A stretch of DNA of 64,000 nucleotides from an uncultured Clostridia bacterium (lineage in GTDB: Bacteria; Bacillota; Clostridia; Christensenellales; UBA1242). The stretch is from contig CALWQM010000015.1 in assembly GCA_944383685.1 (NCBI GenBank), forward strand, positions 57,570 through 121,569. The letters are read 5' to 3'. The notes beneath the pieces are model-generated. The model ran no database searches and was not told the origin of the DNA. It saw only the letters and a list, made by a program, of their open reading frames with translations. Position numbers and translations under genes: made by a program. Below, in pieces: positions 47,864 to 56,793 of this stretch (the stretch's first letter is position 1; the number at the start of each line of letters is the position of its first letter).

Positions 47864-47943
47864 ATAAATTATTTATTATATTTATTAAATCTAATTTAAG
47901 AAGTATCATTATTTAAGTCAAAAAATCAACAAGAAATCAGTTT

Positions 47944-49602
47944 TTATTTTTCTTCCAATAACTTTTTTGCATGAGTTATTGCAGTTTGGGAAACTTTTTC
48001 ATTGCCGTCAATAAGGCCGGCAATTTGATTTATGACTTCATCCCCATCAATACTTGCTGCATTTGAAATTGTTTCACCATTTTTGCTTTCTTTTGTAACT
48101 AAGATGAAAGCATCTCCCTTGCTTGCAACAACTGGTGTGTGAGTTATGCAAATAACTTGAATATAGTCAGCAATCTTATTAAGCTTTAAGGCAACTTTTC
48201 CAGCTGTTTGCCCACTTATACCTGAATCTATCTCGTCAAAAACCACAGTCGATGTGTTTTCTTTATCAAGCATAATGCTTTTAAATGCCAAAAGTAATCT
48301 TGAAAGTTCACCGCCTGACGCAGTTTTAGACAAATCTTTCATTTCTTGACCTTCGTTTGCAGAGAAAACAAATTTAACAGCATCAAAACCTTTTTTCCCA
48401 ATTTCGCACCTATCAAAGTCAACCTTGAAATTTGTTCCTTTCATTTGAAGGTCGTTGAGTTCTTCCTTAACTTTATCTTCCAAAATGATGGCATTTTTCT
48501 TTCTTAAAGCAGAAAGTTTTTCACAAAGTCCTTCCAGCTCTTTCAAGCAGTTTTCTTTTTTCTTATTTAACTTTTCCAAAGCAAATTCACTGTTTTCTAA
48601 ATCGTCTAATCTCTTTTTTGCATTTGCACAAAATTCAAGGATTGCATCAATGCTTTTACCATATTTACGCTTTAAATTTTTAATTAAATCCAATCTTGCG
48701 TCAATTCTTTCAAGTTCAGTTGGGTCAAAATCTGTGCTTCTTAAAACATTTTCCAACACATCAACAATATCTTTAATTTCATAATAGGCACTTGTCAGCC
48801 TCTCTTGGCAATTTGCAAGCTCTTGAAATTCTAAAAGGGAATTAAGTTCTTTTTTGGCATCATAAATGTTGTTCGTAACTGATTCAGTGTTTTGGTCAAG
48901 TTTTTGCAAAGCAAACTCAACTTTTTCAACAATATTTTCAGCTGATGAAATAAACTTGAACCTTTCATTTAACTCTTCCTCTTCGCCAGAAACCAAATTT
49001 GCATTATCAATTTCATCAATTTGAAATTGTAAAATCTCTTTTAAGCGGTTTCTTTCAGCATCATCTCCACCAAGGTTTTTAATTTCCTTGTTGATTTCAG
49101 CAAGTTCGTCGCATTTGCCTTCAATTTGATTTAAATATGAATACGCGTCATTTCCAATAAACTTATCCAAAATAGACAAATGATTATTCACATTAATAAG
49201 CCCCACATTGTCATGCTGGCCACAAAAATCCATCAACTTTTCGGTGATTTCTTTAAAGGTTTTAAGCACAACCACACAGCCATTAACTCTTATAACGCTT
49301 TTTCCGTCACTGTTCAGCGTTCTTGACAAAACAAGTTCACCATCAAAATCAATTCCAAGGTCGTTTAAAACATTGACAACATTTTGGCTTACATCATCAA
49401 AAACAGCATCAACACGCATAAGGTTCTCATTAGTTCTTAAAAGTGTTTTATCAGCCTTTGCGCCAAGCACAAAACTTAGTGCATCAATCAAAATGCTTTT
49501 ACCAGCGCCAGATTGCCCTAAAATGACATTAAAGCCTTTTTTAAAATTAACTTCACATTTTTTTATTAAAGCTAAGTTTGAAATAAAAAGAGAAGAAAGC
49601 AT
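47944..49602 (-). CDS. recN: DNA repair protein RecN
   Basis: 552 aa with GQSGAGKSI Walker A, long coiled coils, an ASGGELSR signature and VVFDEIDSG. Confidence 0.95.
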   Translation of the reverse strand: MLSSLFISNLALIKKCEVNFKKGFNVILGQSGAGKSILIDALSFVLGAKADKTLLRTNENLMRVDAVFDDVSQNVVNVLNDLGIDFDGELVLSRTLNSDGKSVIRVNGCVVVLKTFKEITEKLMDFCGQHDNVGLINVNNHLSILDKFIGNDAYSYLNQIEGKCDELAEINKEIKNLGGDDAERNRLKEILQFQIDEIDNANLVSGEEEELNERFKFISSAENIVEKVEFALQKLDQNTESVTNNIYDAKKELNSLLEFQELANCQERLTSAYYEIKDIVDVLENVLRSTDFDPTELERIDARLDLIKNLKRKYGKSIDAILEFCANAKKRLDDLENSEFALEKLNKKKENCLKELEGLCEKLSALRKKNAIILEDKVKEELNDLQMKGTNFKVDFDRCEIGKKGFDAVKFVFSANEGQEMKDLSKTASGGELSRLLLAFKSIMLDKENTSTVVFDEIDSGISGQTAGKVALKLNKIADYIQVICITHTPVVASKGDAFILVTKESKNGETISNAASIDGDEVINQIAGLIDGNEKVSQTAITHAKKLLEEK

Positions 49603-49612
49603 AACTCCCTCC

Positions 49613-50065
49613 TTAATTTAAAATATTATTTAAAGTAACAACAGCCTCACTTGAAAGAGCAGTTGAAGGAAACACCAAAAGCACAGTGTCATCACCATAA
49701 GTTGTACCCATAAGGTCAATGAGGTTTAACTTATCAATAAAAGATGCAACACTTCCGCCCATGCCTTTAATGGTTTTGATAACAGCAAGGTTTAAAGCAT
49801 TTTTCACAGAAATAACCGATTCTTTAAAAATGGTTATGTATTTACTTGAAACAGCCTGTTGCTCAGTGCCCAAAATGGCATACTTATATTTGCCAGTTGA
49901 GGACAAAATTTTTGTAAGCCCAAGCTCTTTAATATCACGAGAAATTGTTGCTTGCGTGATATCAAAATTGGCATTTTTAAGCTCTTTTGCAAGCTCATCC
50001 TGCGTTTCAATCTCTTTAATTGAGATAAGTTCAAGTATTTTTGATTGTCTTGCACTTCTTGCCAT
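49613..50065 (-). CDS. argR: Arginine repressor
   Basis: 150 aa with TQATISRDIKELGL wHTH and a C-terminal GTTYGDDTVLLV oligomerisation/arginine-binding region. Upstream of recN, as in Bacillus ahrC-recN. Confidence 0.9.
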   Translation of the reverse strand: MARSARQSKILELISIKEIETQDELAKELKNANFDITQATISRDIKELGLTKILSSTGKYKYAILGTEQQAVSSKYITIFKESVISVKNALNLAVIKTIKGMGGSVASFIDKLNLIDLMGTTYGDDTVLLVFPSTALSSEAVVTLNNILN

Positions 50066-50117
50066 AACAACACTCCTTAAAGCCTAAACGCCCCTAAAAT
50101 ACGCACTTGTGGGCCTT

Positions 50118-50135
50118 TATGCATAATTATGAATT
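50118..50135. promoter_or_regulatory. ARG box 1 (in argR 5' UTR)
   Basis: TATGCATAATTATGAATT compared with the consensus TNTGAATWWWWATTCANW: 4 mismatches at the 16 defined positions. Confidence 0.45.
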
Positions 50136-50160
50136 TATAAAAATTCATTGATTTTTCATT

Positions 50161-50189
50161 ATTATACAATAAAATTAATAAATATGCAA
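50161..50189 (-). promoter_or_regulatory. Promoter of argR-recN
   Basis: On the - strand: TTGCAT (50189..50184), 17-nt spacer, TATAAT (50166..50161). Confidence 0.55.
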
Positions 50190-50196
50190 GTGAATT

Positions 50197-50214
50197 TATG
50201 CATATTTATTCATT
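50197..50214. promoter_or_regulatory. ARG box 2 (just upstream of the argR -35)
   Basis: TATGCATATTTATTCATT compared with TNTGAATWWWWATTCANW: one mismatch at the 16 defined positions. Confidence 0.5.
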
Positions 50215-50556
50215 AATTTTTTATAAATATTTTAATGATTGAAAGATTATAAATTATGAAAAGAATAAAAATAACCAAATATACAAAAGTAGCACGTGGT
50301 AAATACTAAAACTACGCTTAAAACAGAGTGTGATAATCTCATAAATTTGATAATCAAAAGAGAACTTATAATAAAAAAATTAAATTAGAATATATAATTT
50401 AAAAAACTTGAAAGGTGTAAACTGCCCCCTCCTTACTCAAAAGATGCAAAAATGCATTTTAACAGAAAAGATTTATAATGCTTGCTTTTAATATAAAAAC
50501 ACTTATAACCAAAATTTACGATGACATCTCGTAGATTTTTTATTTGTCTTTTAATG

Positions 50557-51714
50557 TTATTCTCTTGTTAAAACAATTTCCTCCTGGTTACTTAATGCAA
50601 CATCCACAAGGTTTTCGATATTCAAAAACTTCTCTTGATATTCAGCCTTTTTGATGGTTGGCTTAATAACAGGATATTTTGGCAAAAACACTGTGCAACA
50701 ATCTTCATAAGGCAAAATTGATGTTTCAAAAGTTCCAATCTTTTCAGCAACTTCAACAATATCTTCCTTATCAAAAGCAATAACTGGCCTAAACACAGGA
50801 AGTGAAACAACTGAATTTGTGACATTGATGCTTTGCATAGTTTGGCTTGCAACCTGCCCAAGGCTCTCCCCTGTTATAATCGCCCCAAGGTCATTTTGAT
50901 TACAAATTTTTTCTGCAATGCGCATCATTATTCTTCTCATGATTGTTATCATATACTCTGAGTCACAATTCATGTGAATTTGCTCCTGAATTTTGGTGAA
51001 AGAAACAATATGCAGTTTAATTTCGTCACAATACTCACAAAGTTCTTTGGCAAGAGTGATAACCTTTTCTTTTGCCTGTTCACTTGTGTAAGGATATGAA
51101 TGGAAATGAACAGCCTCAATCTTTAAACCACGCTTTGCCATAAGATATCCTGCAACAGGACTGTCAATTCCGCCTGAAAGTAACAATAATGCTTTCCCCG
51201 CTGAACCAAGAGGAAGCCCGCCAGCACATTTTATGGTTTCATAGTAAACATAGGCAAGGTCATTAAATCTAACCTCAACATTCACATGATATTTTGGATT
51301 ATGTAAATCAACTTCTGCTTCTTTGTTGTTTTCAAGAATAACCGCCCCAAGTTCTCTTTCAAGTTCCATGGAAGAAAGAGGAAATTTTTTATCAGCACGC
51401 TTAGCATTAACCCTAAATGTCCCTGAAATTTTTATTGTTGAAACAAAATTAAATATTTCGTCTTTATCAGCTTTAAGTTCTGTTGCCTTGGAAACACCAA
51501 TAAGTCCAAAAACGGTGGTAAGCCTTTTTACAATCATGTCTTCTTCAAACTCATCATAATCACTTATCACAATTCTTCCCATAGGAAAAGCGAGCTTAAA
51601 ACTAAAATCAGCAAGTTTTTTTCTTATATTTCCAACAAGCAAATTTTCAAAATCTTTTTTGTTTTTTCCTTTTAAAAAAAGCTCTCCAAATTTTAACAAT
51701 AAAACCTTTTTCAT
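50557..51714 (-). CDS. thiI: tRNA 4-thiouridine synthase ThiI
   Basis: 385 aa with a THUMP region and an LLLSGGIDSPVAGY PP-loop. Confidence 0.9.
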   Translation of the reverse strand: MKKVLLLKFGELFLKGKNKKDFENLLVGNIRKKLADFSFKLAFPMGRIVISDYDEFEEDMIVKRLTTVFGLIGVSKATELKADKDEIFNFVSTIKISGTFRVNAKRADKKFPLSSMELERELGAVILENNKEAEVDLHNPKYHVNVEVRFNDLAYVYYETIKCAGGLPLGSAGKALLLLSGGIDSPVAGYLMAKRGLKIEAVHFHSYPYTSEQAKEKVITLAKELCEYCDEIKLHIVSFTKIQEQIHMNCDSEYMITIMRRIMMRIAEKICNQNDLGAIITGESLGQVASQTMQSINVTNSVVSLPVFRPVIAFDKEDIVEVAEKIGTFETSILPYEDCCTVFLPKYPVIKPTIKKAEYQEKFLNIENLVDVALSNQEEIVLTRE

Positions 51715-52835
51715 TAGCTCACCCTTTTCTTAATATCATTGTAAACTTCAATAATCGTTTTTCCCGCCTTTTCAATCTCTTCACTTGTCATATATGCATT
51801 AAAGCTTATTCTGCAACTTGAAATAATTTCGTCCTTGTCAATTCCAATTTCTTGCAAAATTCTGTTCCCTGCCTTTTTTGCAGAACAAGCACTTCCAAGC
51901 CCAACAATCACACCCTTTTCTTCAAGAGCATGAAGCATAGTTTCCCCTTTAACACCATCAAAAACTAAAACTTCAATATATGGCGAACCATTAAAGTCCA
52001 AAACTTTTATCCCCTGAACACCAGAAAGGATTTTATTAAGTTGTTGCTTCAACTCCAAAACATGTTCAAAATTTTTCTTCACATCAATTTTCTCAACAGC
52101 AGTTCTCATTGCCATAATGCCTGGAACATTTTCCGTGCCAGAACGAAGCCCATATTCTTGACCACCACCGTCAACAATGTTTTTAATATAATTTAACTTT
52201 CTAACATAAAGCCCGCCAACACCTTTTGGGCCATGGAATTTATGAGCACTAAAAGTTAACATATCAATTTTAAGCGCTTCAACTGAAAAAGGAATTTTCA
52301 TAAAGCCTTGCACAGCATCAACATGAAGAAGGGCATTTGAGGCAAGCCTATCTCTTAAAGAAGAAATCGCCTTAATTTCATTGATAGCACCAGTTTCATT
52401 GCTAACCAACATACAACTTATAAGTTTAACATTTTTATTTAATTTACTTTCAAGGTCAGCAAGGTCAATTTTACCATTTTTACCCAATTTGCAAAACTTA
52501 ACATTCTTGCCTTCAAGCCCTAAATTTTTTGCCACATTAAAAACGGATGGATGTTCTCCATTTGAAAAGATATATTCAAAATTACCATTTCTAGCAGCAC
52601 CTTTAATTGCCAAATTGTTGCTTTCTGTTGCGCCGCCTGTGAAAATTATTGTCCCCTCAACTGCACCCAGTTTTTTAAGCAAAAACTTTCTTGTGTCTTC
52701 AAGCTTTGCATGAACAAAAGCACTTTGCCTTGAAACAGCAGATGGATTATAAAATTCTTCGCATGCAAAATGAGAATATGTTTCCACACATTCTCTAAAC
52801 ATTTTTGTTGTTCCAGCATTATCAAGAAAAATCAT
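51714..52835 (-). CDS. Cysteine desulfurase paired with thiI (NifZ/IscS-like)
   Basis: ATG at 52835 follows an AAGGAAGG SD. FSAHKFHGPKGVGGLY PLP-Lys context and GSACSA active-site loop; 1-nt overlap with thiI. Confidence 0.85.
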   Translation of the reverse strand: MIFLDNAGTTKMFRECVETYSHFACEEFYNPSAVSRQSAFVHAKLEDTRKFLLKKLGAVEGTIIFTGGATESNNLAIKGAARNGNFEYIFSNGEHPSVFNVAKNLGLEGKNVKFCKLGKNGKIDLADLESKLNKNVKLISCMLVSNETGAINEIKAISSLRDRLASNALLHVDAVQGFMKIPFSVEALKIDMLTFSAHKFHGPKGVGGLYVRKLNYIKNIVDGGGQEYGLRSGTENVPGIMAMRTAVEKIDVKKNFEHVLELKQQLNKILSGVQGIKVLDFNGSPYIEVLVFDGVKGETMLHALEEKGVIVGLGSACSAKKAGNRILQEIGIDKDEIISSCRISFNAYMTSEEIEKAGKTIIEVYNDIKKRVS

Positions 52836-52867
52836 ATTCCTTCCTTTATCTTGTGCAAAAATCAAAA

Positions 52868-55267
52868 TTAAACACGAAGTTTTGCATGATATCTAAATTC
52901 AAGACTCTTTAAAATCTTATTGATAACAGCATTGATTTCTTCTGTTGTTAAAGTTTTATCTTCACTCATAAGTCTAATTTTATATGCCAAACTCTTTTTG
53001 TTTTCTCCAAGTTGAGCACTGCGATAAACGTCAAAAAGTTCAACACTTTCAAACACCTTCCCACAAGCAGATTTGATTGCATGGGTAAGGTCACCATTTG
53101 TCACACTTTCGTCCACAACAACTGCAATATCTCTTTCAACTGCTGGGAATTTTGAAATCTCTTTAACAGCAAATTTCTTCTCTGGAAGACTTGCAAGATA
53201 GTCTGTGTCAAGTTCAGCATAGTAAACATCATGTGATATATCATAGTTCTTCAAAACTTTCTTATGAATTTTTCCAAAATAACCAATCTTTTTGCCATCT
53301 TTTGTGATTATGTCTGCACTCACACCGCTATGAAGATATGGCTCAGTTGACCTAACAAGACTATACTCCACAGAAGTTGTTAATAGAAGATTTTCAAGCA
53401 AATTTTTAAGTTGGAAGAAATCATACCCATCTTCACATACTGCAACAGATAATCTGTTATTCTCAACTGGCAATTCTTTAAGTGGAAGTTCTTTTGGAAG
53501 ATAAACTCTACCACTTTCAAAAAATCTCAAATCTTTATTTCCAACTGAAAGGTTAAATTTGATGTCAAGCATTAATGCATGCGCCATAACTGTTCTTACT
53601 GTTGACAATTCTTCGCTAATAGGATTAGCAATTCTTATAACATTTTTTCTTTCATCATCAATTAAAAGTTTTTCACAAGCAGAGGCGGAATACAAAGAAT
53701 AATTCAAAGTTTCATAGAAACCATTTTCAACAAGTTGACTCTTTAAATTATTTTCCAAAACAAGTCTTGGCTCATAAGCCCCAACAGTTACTGATGAATT
53801 TTCAAAAGCAACACCATCAACATTGTTATAAACGTCATAGCCATAAATTCTTATAAGTTCTTCTGCCAAATCGTTTTCACATTCAAGGTCTTCCCTGTAA
53901 AGTGGTAAAACGCAGGTCAAATTGTCCCCTGATAAAGTTGATTTAACTCCAAGGCTATTCAAAATTTGAAGCACTCTTTCTCTATCAATAACAACACCCA
54001 AAATTTTGTCTATCTTTGACATTGATGCATGAATTATTCTTTCTTTAACATCTTTAACTTTGCAAGTGTCAATAATTCCACTCACAATTTTTCCGCAATT
54101 AAGTTTTGTGACAAGATTTAATGCTCTTTTAATGGCATTTACAGGAGTTGGAAGATAAACACCTTTTGAATAACGAAGTGAAGAATCTGTCATAACCCCA
54201 ATTTTTCTGCTTGTCAAACGAATGCTTTTAAGGTCGAACACTGCACATTCAAAAACTGTTCTTTTGGTTTCTTTTTGAACACATGAATTTGTGCCACCAA
54301 TTACCCCGGCAATAACAACAGGTTTAACACTGTCTGCAATCACCATATCGTTTTCGTCAAGTTTATATGTGTTACCATTTAACACGGCAATTTCTTCACC
54401 TTTCTTTGCCTGACGAACAACAATTTTCTTACCCTCCAAATTGTCATAGTCAAAAGCATGCATTGGCTGCCCTTGTTCAATGAGAACATAGTTTGTTATA
54501 TCAACAATTGTGTTAATTGGTTTAATACCAACGGCATTTAATCTTGCTCTCATCCAAAGTGGAGAACGAGTAAGTTTCAAATCTTCAACATAAGCTGCCA
54601 TATATCTTGGGCATCTATCAGTTTTAACTTCAACATTGATGTAATTTTTAACATCGCCACCTATGGTTTTAAAATCGTAATCAACATCTTTAAAAGGTTT
54701 ATTATAAATTGCACAAACCTCCCTTGCAATTCCAATAACACTGTTACAATCTGGTCTGTTTGGAGTGACACTGACATCAAAAACAACATCATTAAGCATT
54801 AAAGCATCTTCAATTTTTGCACCAATTTTCATGTCATTTGGCAAAATTAAAATGCCATTAACACCGCCACCTTCAATGTAATTTTCATCAATGCCAATTT
54901 CTTCACCAGAACAGAACATTCCTTCACTTCTAACCCCACGGAAATTGGTAGGTTTAATTTTCACACCATTCACAAGGTCTGCTCCGTCAAGGGAAACAGG
55001 CACAACAGCACCCTCAAAAACGTTGGTTGCAGAAGTAATAATTTGAACTTTTTTATCTCCAACATCAACTTGGCAAATTTGCAATTTGTCTGCTTCTGGA
55101 TGCTTTTCAATTTTGGTTATCTTTCCAACAAAAACATCATGCAAATGTTCATTTTGATAAATAACTTCCTCAACCTCAAATCCAGAAACTGAAAGTTTGG
55201 CTGCAAGGTCGTTTGCAGGAATATCAATATCAACAAAATCTTTAAGCCAATTATAAGAAATTTTCAT
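52868..55267 (-). CDS. pheT: Phenylalanyl-tRNA synthetase beta subunit
   Basis: 799 aa beginning MKISYNWLKDFVDI, with tRNA-binding, B3/4, B5 and FDX-ACB regions recognisable. Confidence 0.95.
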   Translation of the reverse strand: MKISYNWLKDFVDIDIPANDLAAKLSVSGFEVEEVIYQNEHLHDVFVGKITKIEKHPEADKLQICQVDVGDKKVQIITSATNVFEGAVVPVSLDGADLVNGVKIKPTNFRGVRSEGMFCSGEEIGIDENYIEGGGVNGILILPNDMKIGAKIEDALMLNDVVFDVSVTPNRPDCNSVIGIAREVCAIYNKPFKDVDYDFKTIGGDVKNYINVEVKTDRCPRYMAAYVEDLKLTRSPLWMRARLNAVGIKPINTIVDITNYVLIEQGQPMHAFDYDNLEGKKIVVRQAKKGEEIAVLNGNTYKLDENDMVIADSVKPVVIAGVIGGTNSCVQKETKRTVFECAVFDLKSIRLTSRKIGVMTDSSLRYSKGVYLPTPVNAIKRALNLVTKLNCGKIVSGIIDTCKVKDVKERIIHASMSKIDKILGVVIDRERVLQILNSLGVKSTLSGDNLTCVLPLYREDLECENDLAEELIRIYGYDVYNNVDGVAFENSSVTVGAYEPRLVLENNLKSQLVENGFYETLNYSLYSASACEKLLIDDERKNVIRIANPISEELSTVRTVMAHALMLDIKFNLSVGNKDLRFFESGRVYLPKELPLKELPVENNRLSVAVCEDGYDFFQLKNLLENLLLTTSVEYSLVRSTEPYLHSGVSADIITKDGKKIGYFGKIHKKVLKNYDISHDVYYAELDTDYLASLPEKKFAVKEISKFPAVERDIAVVVDESVTNGDLTHAIKSACGKVFESVELFDVYRSAQLGENKKSLAYKIRLMSEDKTLTTEEINAVINKILKSLEFRYHAKLRV

Positions 55268-55357
55268 AATTTTTTCCTAACCTTTTAAATCATATTTTTT
55301 CAACAATCTTTTACTATTTCTATAATTTTTTGATTACCATCAATTATAATTCTTATA

Positions 55358-55405
55358 TCATACTACACAATATATAGTGTATTATGCATTGCATATCACC
55401 ACATA
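55358..55405. repeat. Palindromic intergenic repeat family, copy C
   Basis: CATACTACACAATATATAGTGTATTATGCATTGCATATCACCACATATT abuts the pheS stop inside the pheS-pheT spacer. Confidence 0.6.
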
Positions 55406-56425
55406 TTAACGCATTTGTTTCAAAAATCTTAAATCGTTTCTATAAAGATATTTAATGTTTGGTATTTTGTTTGTAACCATAACACTTCTATCTATGCCTG
55501 GGCCAAACGCAAAGCCGGAATATTTTTTGCTGTCAATTCCAGACATTTCCAAAACTTTTGGATTAACAACCCCAGCACCAAACACTTCACTGAACCCTGA
55601 ACCCTTGCAAAGCGAGCAACCTTTACCACCACACATTTGGCAAGTTGCATCAATTTCAATAGATGGTTCTGTGAATGGGAAATATGATGGTCTAACTCTC
55701 ATTTTCACATCTTCGCCAAACAATTTTTTAAGAATGACATCAATCATTTTCATCAAATCTTTAAGCCCAATATTTTCGTCCACAACAAGTGCTTCAAATT
55801 GGTTGAAAATTGGAGAGTGAGAACTGTCATCATCATTTCTATAAACCCTGCCAGGACAAACAATCTTGAATGGTGGTTTCATTTTTTCCATTGCGTGAAC
55901 TTGCATGTTTGAAGTTTGTGTTCTTAAAACTATGTTGTCAGTGATATATAAAGAGTCTTGCATATCTCTTGCTGGATGGTTTTTAGGGACATTCAAAGCC
56001 TCAAAGTTATAGTAATCTGTGTCAATTTCAGGTCCTTGAATAACAGTGAAACCCATTGCCACGCAGATATCCATAAACTTATTATTAAATTTTGTGAGAG
56101 GATGCAACGCACCCTTTTTAACACCAACACCTGGCATGGTGATGTCAACTTTTTCTTTTTCCATTTCAATTTCAAGTTGTCTTTCTTCAAGAGCTGCAAG
56201 CTTATCACTTAAAGCTTTTTCAAGCTTTTCACGAACAACATTTGCAAGCATTCCAACATTTTTCCTTTCTTCTGCTGGAATTTCTTTCATGTTTCTTAAA
56301 ATTGCAGTAAGTTCACCTTGCTTACCCAAAAACCTAACCCTAACATCATCAAGTGCTTTAAGGTCGACACATTTTTCAATTTGTTCTAAACCATTTTTTA
56401 AGATTAAATCAAGTTTTTCTTTCAT
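55406..56425 (-). CDS. pheS: Phenylalanyl-tRNA synthetase alpha subunit
   Basis: ATG at 56425 follows an AAGGAGAGAGG SD. HPARDMQDS, FRNDDDSSHSP-like motif 2 and GFAFGPGIDR motif 3. The longer track ORF runs into the T-box terminator. Confidence 0.95.
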   Translation of the reverse strand: MKEKLDLILKNGLEQIEKCVDLKALDDVRVRFLGKQGELTAILRNMKEIPAEERKNVGMLANVVREKLEKALSDKLAALEERQLEIEMEKEKVDITMPGVGVKKGALHPLTKFNNKFMDICVAMGFTVIQGPEIDTDYYNFEALNVPKNHPARDMQDSLYITDNIVLRTQTSNMQVHAMEKMKPPFKIVCPGRVYRNDDDSSHSPIFNQFEALVVDENIGLKDLMKMIDVILKKLFGEDVKMRVRPSYFPFTEPSIEIDATCQMCGGKGCSLCKGSGFSEVFGAGVVNPKVLEMSGIDSKKYSGFAFGPGIDRSVMVTNKIPNIKYLYRNDLRFLKQMR

Positions 56426-56429
56426 ACCT

Positions 56430-56698
56430 CTCTCCTTAAAAAAATAAAATCGCCCTAAAATATTAGGACGATTAAAATAAACCGTGGTACCACCTAACTT
56501 CATGCTTTAAACAAGCACCTTAATTAAAGTAATTACGCCTACTTTGCGACAAACCCTACGCAAAATTTGTTTAACCAAATTTCTTCAAGTCTGCAACTAG
56601 AAAGTGAATTCATCACACCATTTCTACCCCTTTTCAGCAACCGAGGCTCTCTGTAAGAAATTAAATATGATTACTGGTCTTTCATCATCGTTTTTATA
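56430..56698 (-). promoter_or_regulatory. T-box leader (Phe specifier) of pheS
   Basis: On the - strand: AGAGAG box, candidate specifier GAA-UUC-A (UUC at + coordinates 56606..56608), conserved T-box AAGUUAGGUGGUACCACGGU (56481..56500), then the terminator. Confidence 0.85.
56441..56473 (-). terminator. T-box terminator hairpin
   Basis: AAUCGUCCUAA / UUAGGGCGAUU stem (one G-U pair), followed by UUUAUUUUUUU, directly before the pheS SD. Confidence 0.7.
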
Positions 56699-56704
56699 GT
56701 TCAA

Positions 56705-56733
56705 ATTATAATATTTTATTTACCCTTTGTCAA
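56705..56733 (-). promoter_or_regulatory. Promoter of the pheS T-box operon
   Basis: On the - strand: TTGACA (56733..56728), 17-nt spacer, TATAAT (56710..56705). Both hexamers are consensus. Confidence 0.7.
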
Positions 56734-56758
56734 GCATTTAAACACATTTAATTTTTAT

Positions 56759-56787
56759 TTTACATCATGCATTATTTATGGTAAAAT
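56759..56787 (+). promoter_or_regulatory. Promoter of the RluA-family gene (apparently leaderless)
   Basis: TTTACA (56759..56764), 17-nt spacer, TGgTAAAAT (56779..56787), 6 nt (AGCAAC), ATG at 56794. No SD. Confidence 0.55.
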
Positions 56788-56793
56788 AGCAAC

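Noticed and set aside
50129-50148. The palindrome ATGAATTTATAAAAATTCAT as a third ARG box.
   Set aside because: It has TGAAT-N8-ATTCA spacing instead of the canonical N4. It may simply reflect overlap with box 1.
56426-56503. N-terminal extension of pheS in the track ORF (start at 56503).
   Set aside because: The extension would be translated from the T-box and terminator sequence. The ATG at 56425 has a strong SD and gives a normal PheS N-terminus. The same logic trims the PadR (14899 to 14836), desulfurase (52865 to 52835), hslU (28370 to 28382), nusB (3 to 69), bhlA (63367 to 63346) and 36153-to-36141 starts.
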